Below, piece by piece: positions 18,208-30,883 of a DNA stretch of 64,000 bases. Source of the DNA: an uncultured delta proteobacterium (GTDB taxonomy: Bacteria; Desulfobacterota; Syntrophia; Syntrophales; Smithellaceae); the NCBI GenBank assembly GCA_963753975.1, contig CAVWEH010000004.1, positions 288,001 through 352,000 on the forward strand, given 5' to 3'. Numbering within the stretch: the stretch's first letter is position 1; the number at the start of each line of letters is the position of its first letter. The notes beneath the pieces are model-generated. The model was not told where the DNA came from. It saw nothing but the letters and a program-made list of their open reading frames with translations, and did no database searches. The position numbers and the translations under genes were made by a program.

Positions 18208-19365
18208 TTACTTTTCGGAATTCTCCGCTGGAATGAATGCCGCTTCACCGGCGGTTTTGTATATTTTTAGGCAGGTGTCAACAACCATCGAATCGTAAAG
18301 GATTCTTTTGTATTTGACTATTTCTTCAATGGCGGAATCAACACCTAGTGCCGGCCGGTACGGCCGATGGGAAGCCATAGCATCAATAACATCAGCAATC
18401 CCTATAATGCGCGCCGCGAGCAATATCTCTTCTCCCTTAAGCCCCTGTGGATAACCTGAACCGTTCATCCTTTCATGGTGTTGCAAAATAATTTGCGCTA
18501 TCGGATAGGGAAACTCAATGGTTTTAAGAATATCATAGGCAACCCTACAATGTGTTTTGATTATATCCCTTTCCAAATCAGTTAAATGCCCCGGCTTGGT
18601 TAATATTTCCGACGGCACGGATATTTTTCCAATATCATGAAGAGCTGCGGCAATTCTAATGGCCTCAATTTGTTCCTTAGTCATCGCCATTTCTTTCGCT
18701 ATTTTACATGATATTATGGCCACTGCAGCCTCATGACCGGAGGTATAAGGATCACGGGTTTCCACGATCTTAGACATCGTTTTCACTGTGCCATCCAAAA
18801 TCATTTGTGAGTTTTCATAACTTGCCTTTAGTTCTTCGGCTTTGACCAATAGGTCACTTGTCTTCTCTTTAACTTTATCTTCAAGGGTTTTGTTCAATTC
18901 CATCAGATCGTTGTTTTGCTTTTTGGTTAATTCCACCAATCGTTTATTTTCCATCACCAGTTCCGTTTTGGAAAGAGATTCTTTAATATGAACCAGTAGT
19001 TCCTCCTCACGCCATGGTTTGGTAAAATAAAGCTGGATCCCTCCTTTATTGATGGCGTCAATTATGGCGTCGGTGTCGGCGTAACCGGTCAATAGTATTC
19101 GTACGGCATCCGGAAAAATATCCTTGGCCTTGGAAAAAAATTGCACGCCATTCATAACCGGCATTCTTTGATCGGAAATAATAAGGGAGAAAGGTTTTTT
19201 CGCTTCCCGCAGCTTATTCAGGCCTTCCATTCCATCGCGAGCCGTGTGAATTTCGTAATCTTCGTCGGCCAGAATACGCTTAAAAGCATTAAGAATAGAT
19301 TCTTCATCATCGACAATTAATATTGAATGCCTATGTTTTAAAGGTGCGATCGGCGCTAAAGTCAT
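18208..19365 (-). CDS. Response regulator with HD-GYP phosphodiesterase domain
   Basis: REC (VDDE, SDQRMP, TKPW) plus RDPYTSGH, LHDIGK, HHERMNGSGYP; start taken at ATG 19365. Confidence 0.92.
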   Translation of the reverse strand: MTLAPIAPLKHRHSILIVDDEESILNAFKRILADEDYEIHTARDGMEGLNKLREAKKPFSLIISDQRMPVMNGVQFFSKAKDIFPDAVRILLTGYADTDAIIDAINKGGIQLYFTKPWREEELLVHIKESLSKTELVMENKRLVELTKKQNNDLMELNKTLEDKVKEKTSDLLVKAEELKASYENSQMILDGTVKTMSKIVETRDPYTSGHEAAVAIISCKIAKEMAMTKEQIEAIRIAAALHDIGKISVPSEILTKPGHLTDLERDIIKTHCRVAYDILKTIEFPYPIAQIILQHHERMNGSGYPQGLKGEEILLAARIIGIADVIDAMASHRPYRPALGVDSAIEEIVKYKRILYDSMVVDTCLKIYKTAGEAAFIPAENSEK

Positions 19366-19533
19366 CCTATTATCCTTCCGTGCCAAACTTTTTTGCAGAT
19401 TTATTCGATTTTAACATATATCGAAATCTATATACTCTCATACTGTAATATATTGGACCTTTTAGAAGATTATGTCAACATTTTGCTGCGACTGAAAATT
19501 CACAGTTTCAGCATTATCGCCAGAATCTCATTA

Positions 19534-19969
19534 ACCACGGGTATCTTACGATACCCTCCGTTTATGGCGGGATCAATTCCACTTGCGCTTCAAACTTCGC
19601 TTCACTCGTTTTCATCGAGTATCATTGACCACGGGTATCTTACGATACCCTCCGTTTATGGCGGGATCAATTCCACTTGCGCTTCAAACTTCGCTTCACT
19701 CGTTTTCATCGAGTATCATTGACCACGGGTATCTTACGATACCCTCCGTTTATGGCGGGATCAATTCCACTTGCGCTTCAAACTTCGCTTCACTCGTTTT
19801 CATCGAGTGTCATTGACCACGGGTATCTTACGATACCCTCCGTTTATGGCGGGATCAATTCCACTTGCGCTTCAAACTTCGCTTCACTCGTTTTCATCGA
19901 GTGTCATTGACCACGGGTATCTTACGATACCCTCCGTTTGTGGCGGGATCAATTCCACTTGCGCTTCAA
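19534..19969 (+). repeat. 94-bp tandem array, about 4.6 units (locus C: head-H1b repeated)
   Basis: Units start at 19534, 19628, 19722, 19816, 19910; only two variant positions seen. Confidence 0.97.
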
Positions 19970-19995
19970 TTTGAGTCTCTTTAAAAAAAATACGT

Positions 19996-22809
19996 TCAGG
20001 CGGAAATAATTTTCCTCAAAAATCTGCCCGTCGCTGATTTTTCTTCCCCGGCCACTTTTTCCACTGTACCGGACGCAATAATTTGACCGCCACCCGGCCC
20101 TCCTTCCGGCCCAAGGTCGATAATATAATCGGCGCATTTAATCACATCCAGATTATGTTCGATCACGACTATGGTATTACCCATATCTGCGAGGCGTTTT
20201 AAAACATCCAGCAATTTTTGAATATCTGCAAAATGCAACCCGATTGTCGGTTCATCCAGAATATAAAGGGTGTTGCTGTTGATTCTCTTGCCCAACTCCC
20301 GGGCCAGTTTTATCCTTTGTGCTTCGCCGCCGGAAAGAGTGGTCGCCGACTGCCCCAAATGAATATAGCCCAGCCCGACATCGTAGAGCAATTGCAGGTG
20401 CGATTTAATCGGTGAAATGTTGGAAAAAAAGATTAATGCCTGGCTCACCGTCATGTCTAAAACCTCGGCAATGCTCTTATCTTTATATTTGATATCCAGT
20501 GTGTCTTGATTAAAACGTTTGCCGTGGCAGACATCGCAAGTAACATAAACATCAGGCAGAAAATGCATTTCAATTTTTATTAATCCGTTGCCTTCACACG
20601 CTTCGCAGCGGCCGCCTTTCACATTGAAGCTGAACCGTCCCGGTTTATAGCCACGCACCCGAGATTCGGCAAGATTGGTAAATAGGTCGCGGATAAAAGA
20701 AAAAATTCCGGTATAAGTCACCGGATTGGATCGCGGCGTTCGCCCTATCGGCTGTTGGTTAATCATTATGACCCGTTCAATATCCCCCAAATCCGTAACT
20801 TTTCTGATTTTGCCCATTGCCCCGCGGTGCTGATTCAGGCGGCGCGCCAGTACTTTGTAAAGCGTTTCCACAACCATTGTGCTTTTGCCGGAGCCCGATA
20901 CCCCGGTTACTGCCGTAAACACTCCTACCGGTATTTTAATATCGATATTCTGGAGATTGTTTTCAGTGGCTCCCTCTAAAATAATTTGCCGGCCGGCAAT
21001 GGAGCGCCTTTTTGGCGGCAAAGCTATGGATTCCTTGCCGGATAAAAATCTACCGGTGAGTGATTCATCGCTTTTTAAAATTTCCTCCGGAGGACCTTGA
21101 AAGACCACTTTTCCGCCGTTGTCTCCCGCACCCGGCCCCATATCTACAATGTGATCACAGGCTATCATCATTTCGGCGTCGTGCTCGACAACCAGCACGG
21201 TGTTACCCATATCGCGCAACTTTTTCAAAGTATCTATCAGTCGCAGATTATCCCTTTGATGCAGTCCGACCGTCGGCTCGTCCAATACATACAAAACGCC
21301 CATCAATCCGGAGCCGATTTGCGTAGCGAGCCTAATACGCTGGCTTTCCCCTCCTGATAAGGACAATGTTGATCTATCCAGGCTTAAATAATCCATGCCC
21401 ACATTGAGCAAAAACCGTAGACGATTTTTGATTTCCTTGAGAATTCTCTCGGTTATGATTTTTTCCTGTGCCGTCAGTGCCAATTGTTCGAAAAAGTTAA
21501 AACATTCGCGAATAGACATCTGGCAGAGTTCATAAATATTTTTTCCCCCCACAGTTACGGCGAGGCTTTCCTTTTTCAAACGAGCGCCGTGACATGTCTC
21601 ACATGCGCTCAAATCAATGTAGCGCGCCAGATCATTGCGTATTACGCTTGACGTCGTGTCCCGCCAGCGACGCTCCAATTGCTTGATCACCCCCTCAAAG
21701 GGCTGATGAGCAAAGTACCTTCTGTCCGGGCGGTCATGATAAAATTTAATCCTTTCTGTTCCCGATCCATAGAGCAGAACTTTTTGAATTTTTTCCGGCA
21801 ATTTATCAAACGGAGTATTGATATCAAATCCGTAATGAGTAGAGAGAGCATCCAGGACATTATGATAGTAAAGAGAAGTTCTTCCCGCCCAAGGCGCAAT
21901 GGCCCCTTCCCGCAAAGACAACCCTGAATCCGGCACAACCAGATCCAGCGCAAAATGCATTCGGGAGCCCAGACCATTGCAGTCGGGGCAAGCTCCGTAG
22001 GGACTGTTGAAGGAAAACATACGGGGCGTAAGTTCAGGGATACTTATCCCACAATCCGGACAAGCATATTTTTCACTGAAAAGTATTTCTTCGCCGGAAG
22101 CGGGAACTATGCACACCAGTCCTTCCGCCCGGCTTACGGCGATTTCCAAAGAATCACGCAGTCTTTTTCTTACGCCCTCCTTCAATACCAGGCGGTCGAC
22201 AATCAAATCGATGTCATGGCGTTTATTCTTAGTCAGAAGAATATCTTCCGCCAAATCCCTAATTTCTCCATCAATCCGGACGCGCGCAAATCCTTCCTTC
22301 TGAAGCTTTTTTAATTCTTTCTGAAATTCACCTTTTTTACCGCGAACCAGCGGGGCCATAATGCTGAAGCGTGTATTGGCGGGAAGCGAGAGAACACTTT
22401 CTACGATACTGTCGATTGTTTGCGATTTGATTTCGCGCCCGCAGTTATAACAATGGCACTGACCAATTCCGGCATAAAGAAGACGGAAGTAGTCATAAAT
22501 TTCGGTGACCGTACCGACAGTGGAACGAGGATTGTGGCTGGCTGTGCGCTGTTCTATGGCTATAGCCGGCGATAAGCCTTCGATAGATTCCACATCCGGC
22601 TTATCCATCTGTCCGATAAACTGGCGGGCATAAGTGGAAAGCGACTCCACATAACGCCTTTGACCTTCAGCATAGATCGTATCAAAAGCCAGCGACGATT
22701 TACCGGAGCCACTCACACCGGTAATGACAACAAGCTTATCGCGGGGTATATCTAAACTAATATTCTTTAAATTGTGTTGGGAAGCGCCTTTGATTTTTAT
22801 TGCATCCAT
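19996..22809 (-). CDS. uvrA: Excinuclease ABC subunit A
   Basis: Two ABC modules ([13 protein letters not shown]), zinc fingers, [11 protein letters not shown]. Confidence 0.98.
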   Translation of the reverse strand: MDAIKIKGASQHNLKNISLDIPRDKLVVITGVSGSGKSSLAFDTIYAEGQRRYVESLSTYARQFIGQMDKPDVESIEGLSPAIAIEQRTASHNPRSTVGTVTEIYDYFRLLYAGIGQCHCYNCGREIKSQTIDSIVESVLSLPANTRFSIMAPLVRGKKGEFQKELKKLQKEGFARVRIDGEIRDLAEDILLTKNKRHDIDLIVDRLVLKEGVRKRLRDSLEIAVSRAEGLVCIVPASGEEILFSEKYACPDCGISIPELTPRMFSFNSPYGACPDCNGLGSRMHFALDLVVPDSGLSLREGAIAPWAGRTSLYYHNVLDALSTHYGFDINTPFDKLPEKIQKVLLYGSGTERIKFYHDRPDRRYFAHQPFEGVIKQLERRWRDTTSSVIRNDLARYIDLSACETCHGARLKKESLAVTVGGKNIYELCQMSIRECFNFFEQLALTAQEKIITERILKEIKNRLRFLLNVGMDYLSLDRSTLSLSGGESQRIRLATQIGSGLMGVLYVLDEPTVGLHQRDNLRLIDTLKKLRDMGNTVLVVEHDAEMMIACDHIVDMGPGAGDNGGKVVFQGPPEEILKSDESLTGRFLSGKESIALPPKRRSIAGRQIILEGATENNLQNIDIKIPVGVFTAVTGVSGSGKSTMVVETLYKVLARRLNQHRGAMGKIRKVTDLGDIERVIMINQQPIGRTPRSNPVTYTGIFSFIRDLFTNLAESRVRGYKPGRFSFNVKGGRCEACEGNGLIKIEMHFLPDVYVTCDVCHGKRFNQDTLDIKYKDKSIAEVLDMTVSQALIFFSNISPIKSHLQLLYDVGLGYIHLGQSATTLSGGEAQRIKLARELGKRINSNTLYILDEPTIGLHFADIQKLLDVLKRLADMGNTIVVIEHNLDVIKCADYIIDLGPEGGPGGGQIIASGTVEKVAGEEKSATGRFLRKIISA

Positions 22810-22828
22810 CTTTTACTAAACTGCTTAT

Positions 22829-23803
22829 TTAAAATCTTACTTCAATGTATGACTTTTTTCTGACAGAGGTGATCCATTCTTCATATCTTTTATCCAATTT
22901 TTCATCTTCGATTTTTGTTTTTATTTCTTCTCTGACTGCAGCAATTGGTTTCAATCCGGCACCTCTTTTATCCACTACCATAATTATATGAAATCCAAGA
23001 CTTGATTCTATTACTTCGCTTACTTTTCCGATAGGCAGGCTAAACGCAACCTTTTCTACTTCCGGAATAACTACTCCTCGCTCAACAAAACCAACATCAC
23101 CGCCCTGCTTGGCTTCTGGTCCCTGAGAATATTTTACGGCCAGCAATTCAAAATGTTCTCCATTATTAATGCGCTTGCGTAAATTATTCGCCTGATCTTT
23201 TAGTTTCATCCGTGTAGCTTTATTGGCTTGGGGAGGAAGCAACAATAAAATTTGCTTAATTCTAACTGCTTCTTTTCCCTCATAATTCTGACGGTTTTTG
23301 TCGTAATACTCGCCTATTTCATCGTCACTGACAACTATTTTAGCCTTGATTTCCCGCCGCAATAACCGTGAACGCATTATTTGATTTCTTATATCTTTTT
23401 TAACAGACTCCAGAGAATTACCTTCCCGAGCAAGATTTTTTAAGAAATCATCCATAGTTAATTTCTTTTTCGCCAGCATGTCTTTGATTACTTCCGTTAC
23501 CTCCTCATCCTTGATGACAATGCCGGCACCGGTTTTTTTTGCTTCTTGTTCAATCAGCATATTATCGATGAGACGGTTCAGGAAAGCTCCTCTTGCCTGC
23601 TTAAGTACCGCTTCTTTATCTTTGTCCGGATAATTTTCCTCTATATTTTTACGGTAAGGTTCGAACGCCGCATTAAATTCGGAAAGGGTTATTACCTCTT
23701 CATTTACTATAGCAACGATTTTATCCACAACAGCGGCACCACTGGGCATAGATAAAAGCATTACTCCCCAAGCAATCAAAAAAATCCTTTTGTAAAATTC
23801 CAC
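22829..23803 (-). CDS. SurA-like periplasmic peptidyl-prolyl isomerase
   Basis: VDKIVAIVNEEVITLSE; parvulin GGDVGF, GFHII. Confidence 0.88.
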   Translation of the reverse strand: MEFYKRIFLIAWGVMLLSMPSGAAVVDKIVAIVNEEVITLSEFNAAFEPYRKNIEENYPDKDKEAVLKQARGAFLNRLIDNMLIEQEAKKTGAGIVIKDEEVTEVIKDMLAKKKLTMDDFLKNLAREGNSLESVKKDIRNQIMRSRLLRREIKAKIVVSDDEIGEYYDKNRQNYEGKEAVRIKQILLLLPPQANKATRMKLKDQANNLRKRINNGEHFELLAVKYSQGPEAKQGGDVGFVERGVVIPEVEKVAFSLPIGKVSEVIESSLGFHIIMVVDKRGAGLKPIAAVREEIKTKIEDEKLDKRYEEWITSVRKKSYIEVRF

Positions 23804-23823
23804 AGCGCTTCAACCCTCCCTTT

Positions 23824-24828
23824 TTATTTTTGCCTGTTTACTTTTTTCCATAGTACGGTGTTTTCCTTCTTTATCACTGCTTTCATCTTCAAAGCTTGTA
23901 GCCAGGTTATGAAAGCCGCTTCTTCTTTCTGCGCCCGAATATCAGCTACAACTTCCTCTTTAATATCAGAAAATTTTTTAATTCCGGCCGGTTGAATTTC
24001 CAAAACCTTGAAAATATGAAATCCATAAGGACTTTGTACGATGGGACTTATTTTATTGACTGGTAACTTGAAAATAGTTTCTTCCAAAGGTTCGGGCATG
24101 ACCCCGCGGGTTATGAATCCCAGATCTCCTCCCTGACGAGCTTCGGGACCAATAGATACCTTAGAAGCCAGTGTAGCGAAATCATCGCCGGCATTCAATC
24201 GAGCCAGTACTTCCTTGGCCTTAGCTAAATCTCTAACAACTATCTGGGCAACCCTTACACTGGGCTCCAGTCTATAATTATTGCGGTGTTCATTAAAATA
24301 ATCTTCGGCTTCATCATCCGACACTCTTATTTTGGCATTCACATCGACCGCAACAAGCTTTTGCAGGAACATTTCTTTTTTTAAATCTTCTTTCCATTGC
24401 TCATATCTGATGTTTTCCTGTGCCAGCAGGTTCGCAAAATCTTCTCCGTAATCTTTTTTAATTTCGTTAATTTTATCTTCCAGCTCGCTGGCCCCTACCG
24501 ATATATCCAGCTCTTGCGCGCGCAAATACATGATTTTTTCGGTAATCATATTGTCCAAAACTTCTTCTTCAAGGCGTTTCACATAATTCGGCTGATCCAG
24601 CGCATCCTTGGGCAGCATAGCCATTTTTTGGTTTAAACGTATTTGATAGTCATCAAGATAAATCTTGGCTCCATTAACTGTCGCCACATACGGCCTGGAA
24701 AAAATATTAATTTTATCGCAAGCAACAATAAAAATAATTGCCAGTATGCATAGGATATAATATCTGTTCAATATTATATTCGTCAGTTTTCCAAGGTAAG
24801 AAGAAATTTTAATTTTCTTTTTAATCAT
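23824..24828 (-). CDS. PpiC/parvulin-type peptidyl-prolyl isomerase (lipoprotein-like)
   Basis: IVAC lipobox-like, VATVNG, GGDLGF, SPYGFHIFK. Confidence 0.85.
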   Translation of the reverse strand: MIKKKIKISSYLGKLTNIILNRYYILCILAIIFIVACDKINIFSRPYVATVNGAKIYLDDYQIRLNQKMAMLPKDALDQPNYVKRLEEEVLDNMITEKIMYLRAQELDISVGASELEDKINEIKKDYGEDFANLLAQENIRYEQWKEDLKKEMFLQKLVAVDVNAKIRVSDDEAEDYFNEHRNNYRLEPSVRVAQIVVRDLAKAKEVLARLNAGDDFATLASKVSIGPEARQGGDLGFITRGVMPEPLEETIFKLPVNKISPIVQSPYGFHIFKVLEIQPAGIKKFSDIKEEVVADIRAQKEEAAFITWLQALKMKAVIKKENTVLWKKVNRQK

Positions 24829-24854
24829 AATTTTTACATATATATTGGTTATTG

Positions 24855-27800
24855 TTATTGGGCAAGCATCTTTAATAACAAATTGGCTTGTGTCAATATT
24901 TCTTTTTCGGAAAGATTTGGCGCGGGTACAAACAATTTATGATCCGGTGTAAAGCGTAATTCTTGAATTTTCTTGCGATAAAGAGCGATAATCTTTGCCG
25001 GATCAACAGGGGAATTATTCCGGAAAAAAATATATAACCGCTTACCATTATAGCCCATTTTTCTCCCTTTTAACAATTTAAGGGAATTTCTAATACTAAT
25101 AACTTGTAATAAGTTTTCTGCTGACGCCGGCAAAGGTCCGTAACAATCTTGCAATTCACTTTTGATTTGATCAATTTCCTCATCATTTGCGGCTAAAGAT
25201 ATTCTTTTGTATAAGACCAACCGCTGATAGACATCTTGCACATATCCTTCAGGAATGAAAGCGGAAACTCCCAACTGGATTTCGGGTAATATTTCTTCTT
25301 CGATAATTTTTTCCCCTTTAATTTCCCGAATCGTTTTTTCCATTAACTCGGTATAAAGTTCATAACCGACAGCACCAATATGACCGGACTGAGAAATGCC
25401 CAATAAACTTCCTCCGCCGCGGATTTCCAGATCATTATACGCTATCCTGAATCCGGAACCCGGATCGGAAAACTCTTTAATTACTTGCAGCCGCTTCATG
25501 GCTTCACGGGAAAGCATTGCTCCTTGCGGCAATAAAAGGTAGGCAAAAGCTTTCTCTTTAGCGCGACCTACACGGCCGCGCAGCTGGTAGAGCTGTGCCA
25601 ACCCAAACCTATCGGCACGATTTATGATTATCGTATTGGCCGTGGGAATATCCAAACCGGAACCAATGATAGTGGTGCTGACAAGAACGTTACTTTCCCT
25701 CTTGACGAATTTAGCCATTGCTTTTTCTATTTCCGCAGGTTTCATTTGACCGTGGACAACACCGATATTTGCATCCGGCACAAGACGTTTCAGCAGATGG
25801 GAAATCGAATAAATTGAGCGCACTCGGTCATGAATAAAAAAAACCTGCCCTTGGCGCGCCAGCTCTTTTTCCACGGCTACTTTAATAACATCCTCATCAA
25901 ACTCCAGCACATAAGTTTTTATAGGTATCCGATCTTCCGGGGGTGTGTTAATAATTGATAAATCTCTGATGCCCACCAGGGAAAGATGAAGGGTGCGCGG
26001 TATTGGCGTCGCCGAAAGGGTGAGCACATCGACAAGGGTGCGCATTTTTTTTAATTTTTCCTTGTGTGCTACTCCAAACCGTTGTTCCTCATCGATTATA
26101 ACCAATCCTAGCTCCTTAAATTCAATGTCTTTCTGGAGTAAGCGATGCGTTCCCACAACAATGTCCACTTTTTGATTTTTAATTTCCTCTACAATTTTCT
26201 TTTGCGCCGCCGCATTCTTGAAGCGATTAAGCACCTCCACACGAATGGGAAGATTTTTAAGCCTGCGGGAAAAGGTCTGATAATGCTGCTCGGCCAGAAT
26301 AGTTGTCGGCACCAGAACAGCAACCTGTTTACCGTCCATTACAGCGCGAAAGGCCGATCGAATGGCGACTTCCGTTTTGCCAAAACCGGCATCGCCGCAA
26401 ATTAGACGATCCATCGGCTTTACGCCATCCATGTCCAGATGGATATCTTCAATAGCTTTAGCTTGATCGGGAGTTTCCTCAAATTCAAAAGTGGAACAAA
26501 ATTCCTCGTAAATTCTATCCGGCGGGGCAAATGATTTTCTTTCCAATACTTCGCGAGCGGCATAAATGGAAACCAATTCTTCGGCGACTTCTCTTACAGA
26601 TTTTTTTACTCTTTCCTTTAGAGCCTCCCATGAAGTTCCACCCATCTTATCGATTTTCGGCACATAACCATCGGGCCCTAAATACCTTTGAATTTTTTCC
26701 AGAGAATTAACAGGTATGTATAGTTTATCTCCATCCAGATACTCGATAACCAAGAAATCATTTTCTATTTTACCGACTTTGATTTTTTTCAGCCCACGGT
26801 AAACACCAATGCCAAAATCGGTGTGGACAACAAAATCACCTTCTTTCAGATCACCAAAGGACTTTAAAAAATAAGCTTCCCGGGCAGGACGTGGACGGCG
26901 GCGGGGCACCTTTTTCACAAATATTTCTTCTTCGCTCAGAAGCACCAGCTTCATTGACGGAAAAATAAAGCTTGTGGAGATTTTTCCTTCCCATAAAATA
27001 AGTCGAGGACTGCCGTCCCATTGACTGATTTTGCCCATGACCGAACCTTGCTCGGTTGAAATCTGCAGGGGTAAATCGTAGGATAGGAGCAGATGCTGCA
27101 TCCGGTGAAAGTCTTCCGGGGTAGGAGAAAGAAAAAGAACCAACAGGCCATCAGCAAGCCAATTTTTGATCTTTTCCACAGTCTGCCGCAGCAGTGCATC
27201 TTCTTTAATTCCGCCGGTAACGGCATTTAACAATTGGAGTTGTTGATGAGCTTCAAAAATTATTGTTTTTGTCTCATTAGTGTTGTTCCCGTCGAGCCTT
27301 AGACTCTCCAGAGAAATTTGCCTAAACTTATCCATAGCGGCTCCGGCTTGAACCGGGTAAAGGTATGCATTTTCTTTTTCCAGATAAAATTTTTCGCCAT
27401 TTTTAGCTTTGAGCAATAATTTATCGATATTAAATTCTGTATTCTGTGCAGCCTGATCGATGGCCAGCGGATCATCCAAAACTATCAAAGTGTTTTGTGG
27501 CAGATAATCAAAAAAGCTTCCGAGCCGGTTTTGCGCGCCGCTCTCCCGATCATCGAAGGATTCGTAAAACAGGGACAAATATAGCGGATTTATGGAATTG
27601 GCTAAATCGTTTTGCAGAGTATCCACCAAACGGTTACGAATTTCTCGCGGCAGGGAAATATCGTCGATGCGCCGTTTGACATTGCACACAGCCAGCTTGA
27701 GCGTTTGCGAATTGACAATTACCTCGCTGGCCGGCGGCACGATAAAAGTTTCCACTGAACCTATGGAACGCTGGGAAACGCAGTCAAATTTACGGATGGA

Positions 27801-28412
27801 TTCGATTTCATCACCGGACATTTCCACGCGCAGCGGCCATTTTTCCGTGGGAGGAAACAGATCAATAATGTTGCCACGGACACTGAATTCACCCCTTTCT
27901 TCAACAAGGCTGACTCTTTTATAGCCACCTGATTGCAGATGTGCGCAAAAGTCATCTCTATTGAATGTATCGCCTATGGAAATTATTTGCAGATATTGAT
28001 TGAATGCGGCAAAAGGCATTACTTTTTGCATCAAAGCAGCCATGGAAGCGACCACTACTCCGGTGTTGATTTGCATAAAAGCAAGAACTTCCAGACGTGC
28101 TAATTCTTCTTCTTTCTGGAGTGCAAATATGTCAACAGTCAAGAAATCCAGAGACGGATAATGAATTACATTGTCATTGCCCAAAAACAAGGCCAGGTCA
28201 CTCGCCAACGCTGTGGCTTCTCTTTCTTCCGGACAAACAACAAGCAGGGTCTTCTTCTCCGTGCGAGCAAAAAGAAGAGCTGTCAAGAAAGAACGAGCAG
28301 ATCCGCTGAGGCCCCTTATATTGACTCTTAGGGTCCCCCTATTAATTTGTTCCAACAAATCATGCAGCGGTGCAATATCTTCCGTGATTTCTTTTGTGAT
28401 AATTTTTCGCAC
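24855..28412 (-). CDS. mfd: Transcription-repair coupling factor
   Basis: [45 protein letters not shown]-terminus. Confidence 0.97.
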   Translation of the reverse strand: MRKIITKEITEDIAPLHDLLEQINRGTLRVNIRGLSGSARSFLTALLFARTEKKTLLVVCPEEREATALASDLALFLGNDNVIHYPSLDFLTVDIFALQKEEELARLEVLAFMQINTGVVVASMAALMQKVMPFAAFNQYLQIISIGDTFNRDDFCAHLQSGGYKRVSLVEERGEFSVRGNIIDLFPPTEKWPLRVEMSGDEIESIRKFDCVSQRSIGSVETFIVPPASEVIVNSQTLKLAVCNVKRRIDDISLPREIRNRLVDTLQNDLANSINPLYLSLFYESFDDRESGAQNRLGSFFDYLPQNTLIVLDDPLAIDQAAQNTEFNIDKLLLKAKNGEKFYLEKENAYLYPVQAGAAMDKFRQISLESLRLDGNNTNETKTIIFEAHQQLQLLNAVTGGIKEDALLRQTVEKIKNWLADGLLVLFLSPTPEDFHRMQHLLLSYDLPLQISTEQGSVMGKISQWDGSPRLILWEGKISTSFIFPSMKLVLLSEEEIFVKKVPRRRPRPAREAYFLKSFGDLKEGDFVVHTDFGIGVYRGLKKIKVGKIENDFLVIEYLDGDKLYIPVNSLEKIQRYLGPDGYVPKIDKMGGTSWEALKERVKKSVREVAEELVSIYAAREVLERKSFAPPDRIYEEFCSTFEFEETPDQAKAIEDIHLDMDGVKPMDRLICGDAGFGKTEVAIRSAFRAVMDGKQVAVLVPTTILAEQHYQTFSRRLKNLPIRVEVLNRFKNAAAQKKIVEEIKNQKVDIVVGTHRLLQKDIEFKELGLVIIDEEQRFGVAHKEKLKKMRTLVDVLTLSATPIPRTLHLSLVGIRDLSIINTPPEDRIPIKTYVLEFDEDVIKVAVEKELARQGQVFFIHDRVRSIYSISHLLKRLVPDANIGVVHGQMKPAEIEKAMAKFVKRESNVLVSTTIIGSGLDIPTANTIIINRADRFGLAQLYQLRGRVGRAKEKAFAYLLLPQGAMLSREAMKRLQVIKEFSDPGSGFRIAYNDLEIRGGGSLLGISQSGHIGAVGYELYTELMEKTIREIKGEKIIEEEILPEIQLGVSAFIPEGYVQDVYQRLVLYKRISLAANDEEIDQIKSELQDCYGPLPASAENLLQVISIRNSLKLLKGRKMGYNGKRLYIFFRNNSPVDPAKIIALYRKKIQELRFTPDHKLFVPAPNLSEKEILTQANLLLKMLAQ

Positions 28413-28617
28413 TGACGATAATCCAAACTCTTTGCGGCAATGAATTATGCAATGGAACTCTTTTCCACAAGTTCCCGCAGGAAATTTAATTTTTTAGCTC
28501 AAATATGAATTTAGTTCAAGTTAGATTGATTATCTCATAATTTAATCATTTCTTATTGGTTGACAACCCCCTTGTGTTTGATAAGCTGCCCTTTATAAAT
28601 TTTATAGGAGATTAAAA

Positions 28618-29856
28618 ATGATTACCGTGGAAAAAGCTTTACAGTCAATCTTCTTGAATTTTCACCCGTTAGGTTTGGAAAAAGTAAATATCCTGGATGC
28701 CCGGGAGCGAGTAATAGGTGAAGATGTTTTTGCCACACGTAATATTCCTCCCGCCGACAATTCAGCAATGGATGGCTATGCGGTGCGGCATATCGATACT
28801 AAAGGCGCAACCAGGGTAAACCCGCTCCGACTCCAAGTTATTGAAGAGATACCGACAGGTAAAGTGCCACAAAAAAGTTTAAAAAAAGGCGCAGCTTCCC
28901 GCATCATGACCGGAGCAATAATCCCCGGCGCTGCCGATGCCGTTGTCCGCCAAGAAGACACAAAAAAAATCGGCAAAACGGTTATAATCTATACTTCAGT
29001 CAAAGAAGGCCAGGATATTCGCTTGACCGGCGAAGATGTGCAAAAAGAAGAGCTCGTTATTTCTCAAGGAAATGTTGTTAGTCCGGCACAAATAGGAATG
29101 CTTGCTTCGTTGGGAAGGCCATTTGTGAGCGTGTATCAGAAGCCGCGCGTAGCGATCCTAGCAACAGGTGACGAACTCGTAGACATCGAAAATGATCCGC
29201 CGCCCGCAAAAATCGTCAACAGTAACAGCTACTCTTTAGCGGCCCAGGTTATGGAGTGCGGCGCAATTCCCTTAATATTGGGAATTGTCCGGGATAAAAA
29301 ATCCGAACTTCACGAAAAATTTAAAACTGCGCTCGCTGCTGATTTGATTATTTCTTCCGGAGGCGTTTCGGTCGGTGATTTTGATTTTGTCAAGGATATA
29401 TTGGGAGAAATAGGTAACACCATGCATTTCTGGCAAGTGGCCATGAGGCCGGGCAAGCCTTTGGCTTTCGGCGCAATCAAGGGTATTCCCCTGTTCGGTT
29501 TGCCGGGAAATCCCGTATCCGCAATGGTGTCATTTGAACAATTTGTACGTCCGTATCTTTTAAAAATGCAGGGACATACAAAAATATTCCGCCAAACTAT
29601 AAAGGCTGTGAGCAACCAGGAAATCAGGAAAGAAGCGGGGGTTAAGCATTTCATTCGTGCCATTGTTAAAAAAAAGAAAAACCAATACATGGCTGCCATA
29701 ACCGGAGATCAAGGATCCGGCATTTTGAAATCAATGGTTTTAGCCAATGCTTTAATTGTTTTAAAAGAAAACGAGACCAAAGTTAAAAAAGGCGATCCGG
29801 TAACAGTCCAATTATTGGATGACTCTTTAACCAAGACAGAGTTTTTCCCGTTGTAG
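28618..29856 (+). CDS. moeA: Molybdopterin molybdotransferase MoeA
   Basis: SAMDGYA, IMTGA, TGDEL, SSGGVSVGDFD, MRPGKP, GLPGNP. Confidence 0.95.
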   Translation: MITVEKALQSIFLNFHPLGLEKVNILDARERVIGEDVFATRNIPPADNSAMDGYAVRHIDTKGATRVNPLRLQVIEEIPTGKVPQKSLKKGAASRIMTGAIIPGAADAVVRQEDTKKIGKTVIIYTSVKEGQDIRLTGEDVQKEELVISQGNVVSPAQIGMLASLGRPFVSVYQKPRVAILATGDELVDIENDPPPAKIVNSNSYSLAAQVMECGAIPLILGIVRDKKSELHEKFKTALAADLIISSGGVSVGDFDFVKDILGEIGNTMHFWQVAMRPGKPLAFGAIKGIPLFGLPGNPVSAMVSFEQFVRPYLLKMQGHTKIFRQTIKAVSNQEIRKEAGVKHFIRAIVKKKKNQYMAAITGDQGSGILKSMVLANALIVLKENETKVKKGDPVTVQLLDDSLTKTEFFPL

Positions 29857-29906
29857 AAAATACAGGCCAATGTCGGAAAATATTACTTTTTTATCCTTTT
29901 TTGAAA

Positions 29907-29935
29907 TTGACACACGGACAAATATCCTTTAGAAT
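29907..29935 (+). promoter_or_regulatory. Sigma70-like promoter of selC
   Basis: TTGACA-N17-TAGAAT ending 7 nt before the tRNA. Confidence 0.7.
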
Positions 29936-29942
29936 TTTCCAT

Positions 29943-30040
29943 GGAAGTGCCCAGGTCACTGGTGGGCCTCCTGGACTTCAAATCCAGTGTGGGGCGCTAG
30001 AACCGTCCCGGGTGGGTTCGATTCCCATGCACTTCCGCCA
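29943..30040 (+). tRNA. selC: tRNA-Sec(TCA)
   Basis: GGAAGTGC/GCACTTCC 8-bp acceptor, CTGGA-CTTCAAA-TCCAG anticodon arm, long variable arm, GCCA end. Confidence 0.96.
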
Positions 30041-30124
30041 TGCATATCTCAGGATTAATATTCACCGGCAATTTAACTCCGCTGTAAAGCAACAACTGCT
30101 GCAATTAATTAAACAGATACAGAC

Positions 30125-30153
30125 TTGACAGAAATGTTAATTAAATCTATAAT
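30125..30153 (+). promoter_or_regulatory. Consensus sigma70 promoter of dsbC operon
   Basis: TTGACA-N17-TATAAT. Confidence 0.8.
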
Positions 30154-30182
30154 TAATCTAGTTCTTAAGGGGGTATAAATTA

Positions 30183-30881
30183 ATGAAAAAATTAGTTTTA
30201 GTTGTCGGATGTCTTCTTCTCATTCTTCCCGTTTGCGCCGGCGCAAAAAAGCTTACTGTCGAAGAAAAGTTTCAGAAGAGTTTCCCCAAAAACAACTTTG
30301 AAAGCATAAAACCTACCTCCATCAAGGGGGTATACGAAATTTACACCGGCAATCAGATTTACTACTTTATGCCGGAAGCGGATGTTATTATTTACGGCGA
30401 TATAATTTCCAAAGACGGAGTAAATATCACGCGGGAGAGTAATTTAAAAAAGATGACGGCAAAAATGGCCAATCTGCCATTGGACAGCGCCTTAAAAATC
30501 GGCAATGGAAAAACCACCGTTATAGAATTCATGGATCCCGACTGCCATTACTGTCGGCAGGCTTACAATTTTTTCTCTACGCGCCAAGACGTAACCATTT
30601 ATATTTTCTTTTTCCCTCTATCTCAGGCATCCGAAAGAAAAATCAGGCATATCTTATGCGCCCCGGACAAATTAAAGATGTTTGAAGATGTTATGATGGG
30701 GAAATTTGACAATAATACCCCTCTTAATATTTGTAACGATAAAAAAGTGGATGAAATCATCAGAACACACATGCGCCTAGATTCACAAATAGGAATCAGA
30801 GCAACTCCTTTATTTTTTATCAAAGGACAGCTAGTTAATGGTTTTGAAGTTGGCACAATCGAAAAACTTTTAAAAGATTAA
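30183..30881 (+). CDS. dsbC: DsbC family thiol:disulfide interchange protein
   Basis: Signal peptide, dimerisation N-domain, FMDPDCHYC, IRATP. Confidence 0.85.
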   Translation: MKKLVLVVGCLLLILPVCAGAKKLTVEEKFQKSFPKNNFESIKPTSIKGVYEIYTGNQIYYFMPEADVIIYGDIISKDGVNITRESNLKKMTAKMANLPLDSALKIGNGKTTVIEFMDPDCHYCRQAYNFFSTRQDVTIYIFFFPLSQASERKIRHILCAPDKLKMFEDVMMGKFDNNTPLNICNDKKVDEIIRTHMRLDSQIGIRATPLFFIKGQLVNGFEVGTIEKLLKD

Positions 30882-30883
30882 GG

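Noticed and set aside
19534..19969. CRISPR array
   Set aside because: Units are contiguous and near-identical with no unique spacers, and there are no cas genes in the window
19393..19974. Four overlapping repeated ORFs in the track
   Set aside because: Artefacts of the 94-bp period shifting frame; no RBS or recognisable product
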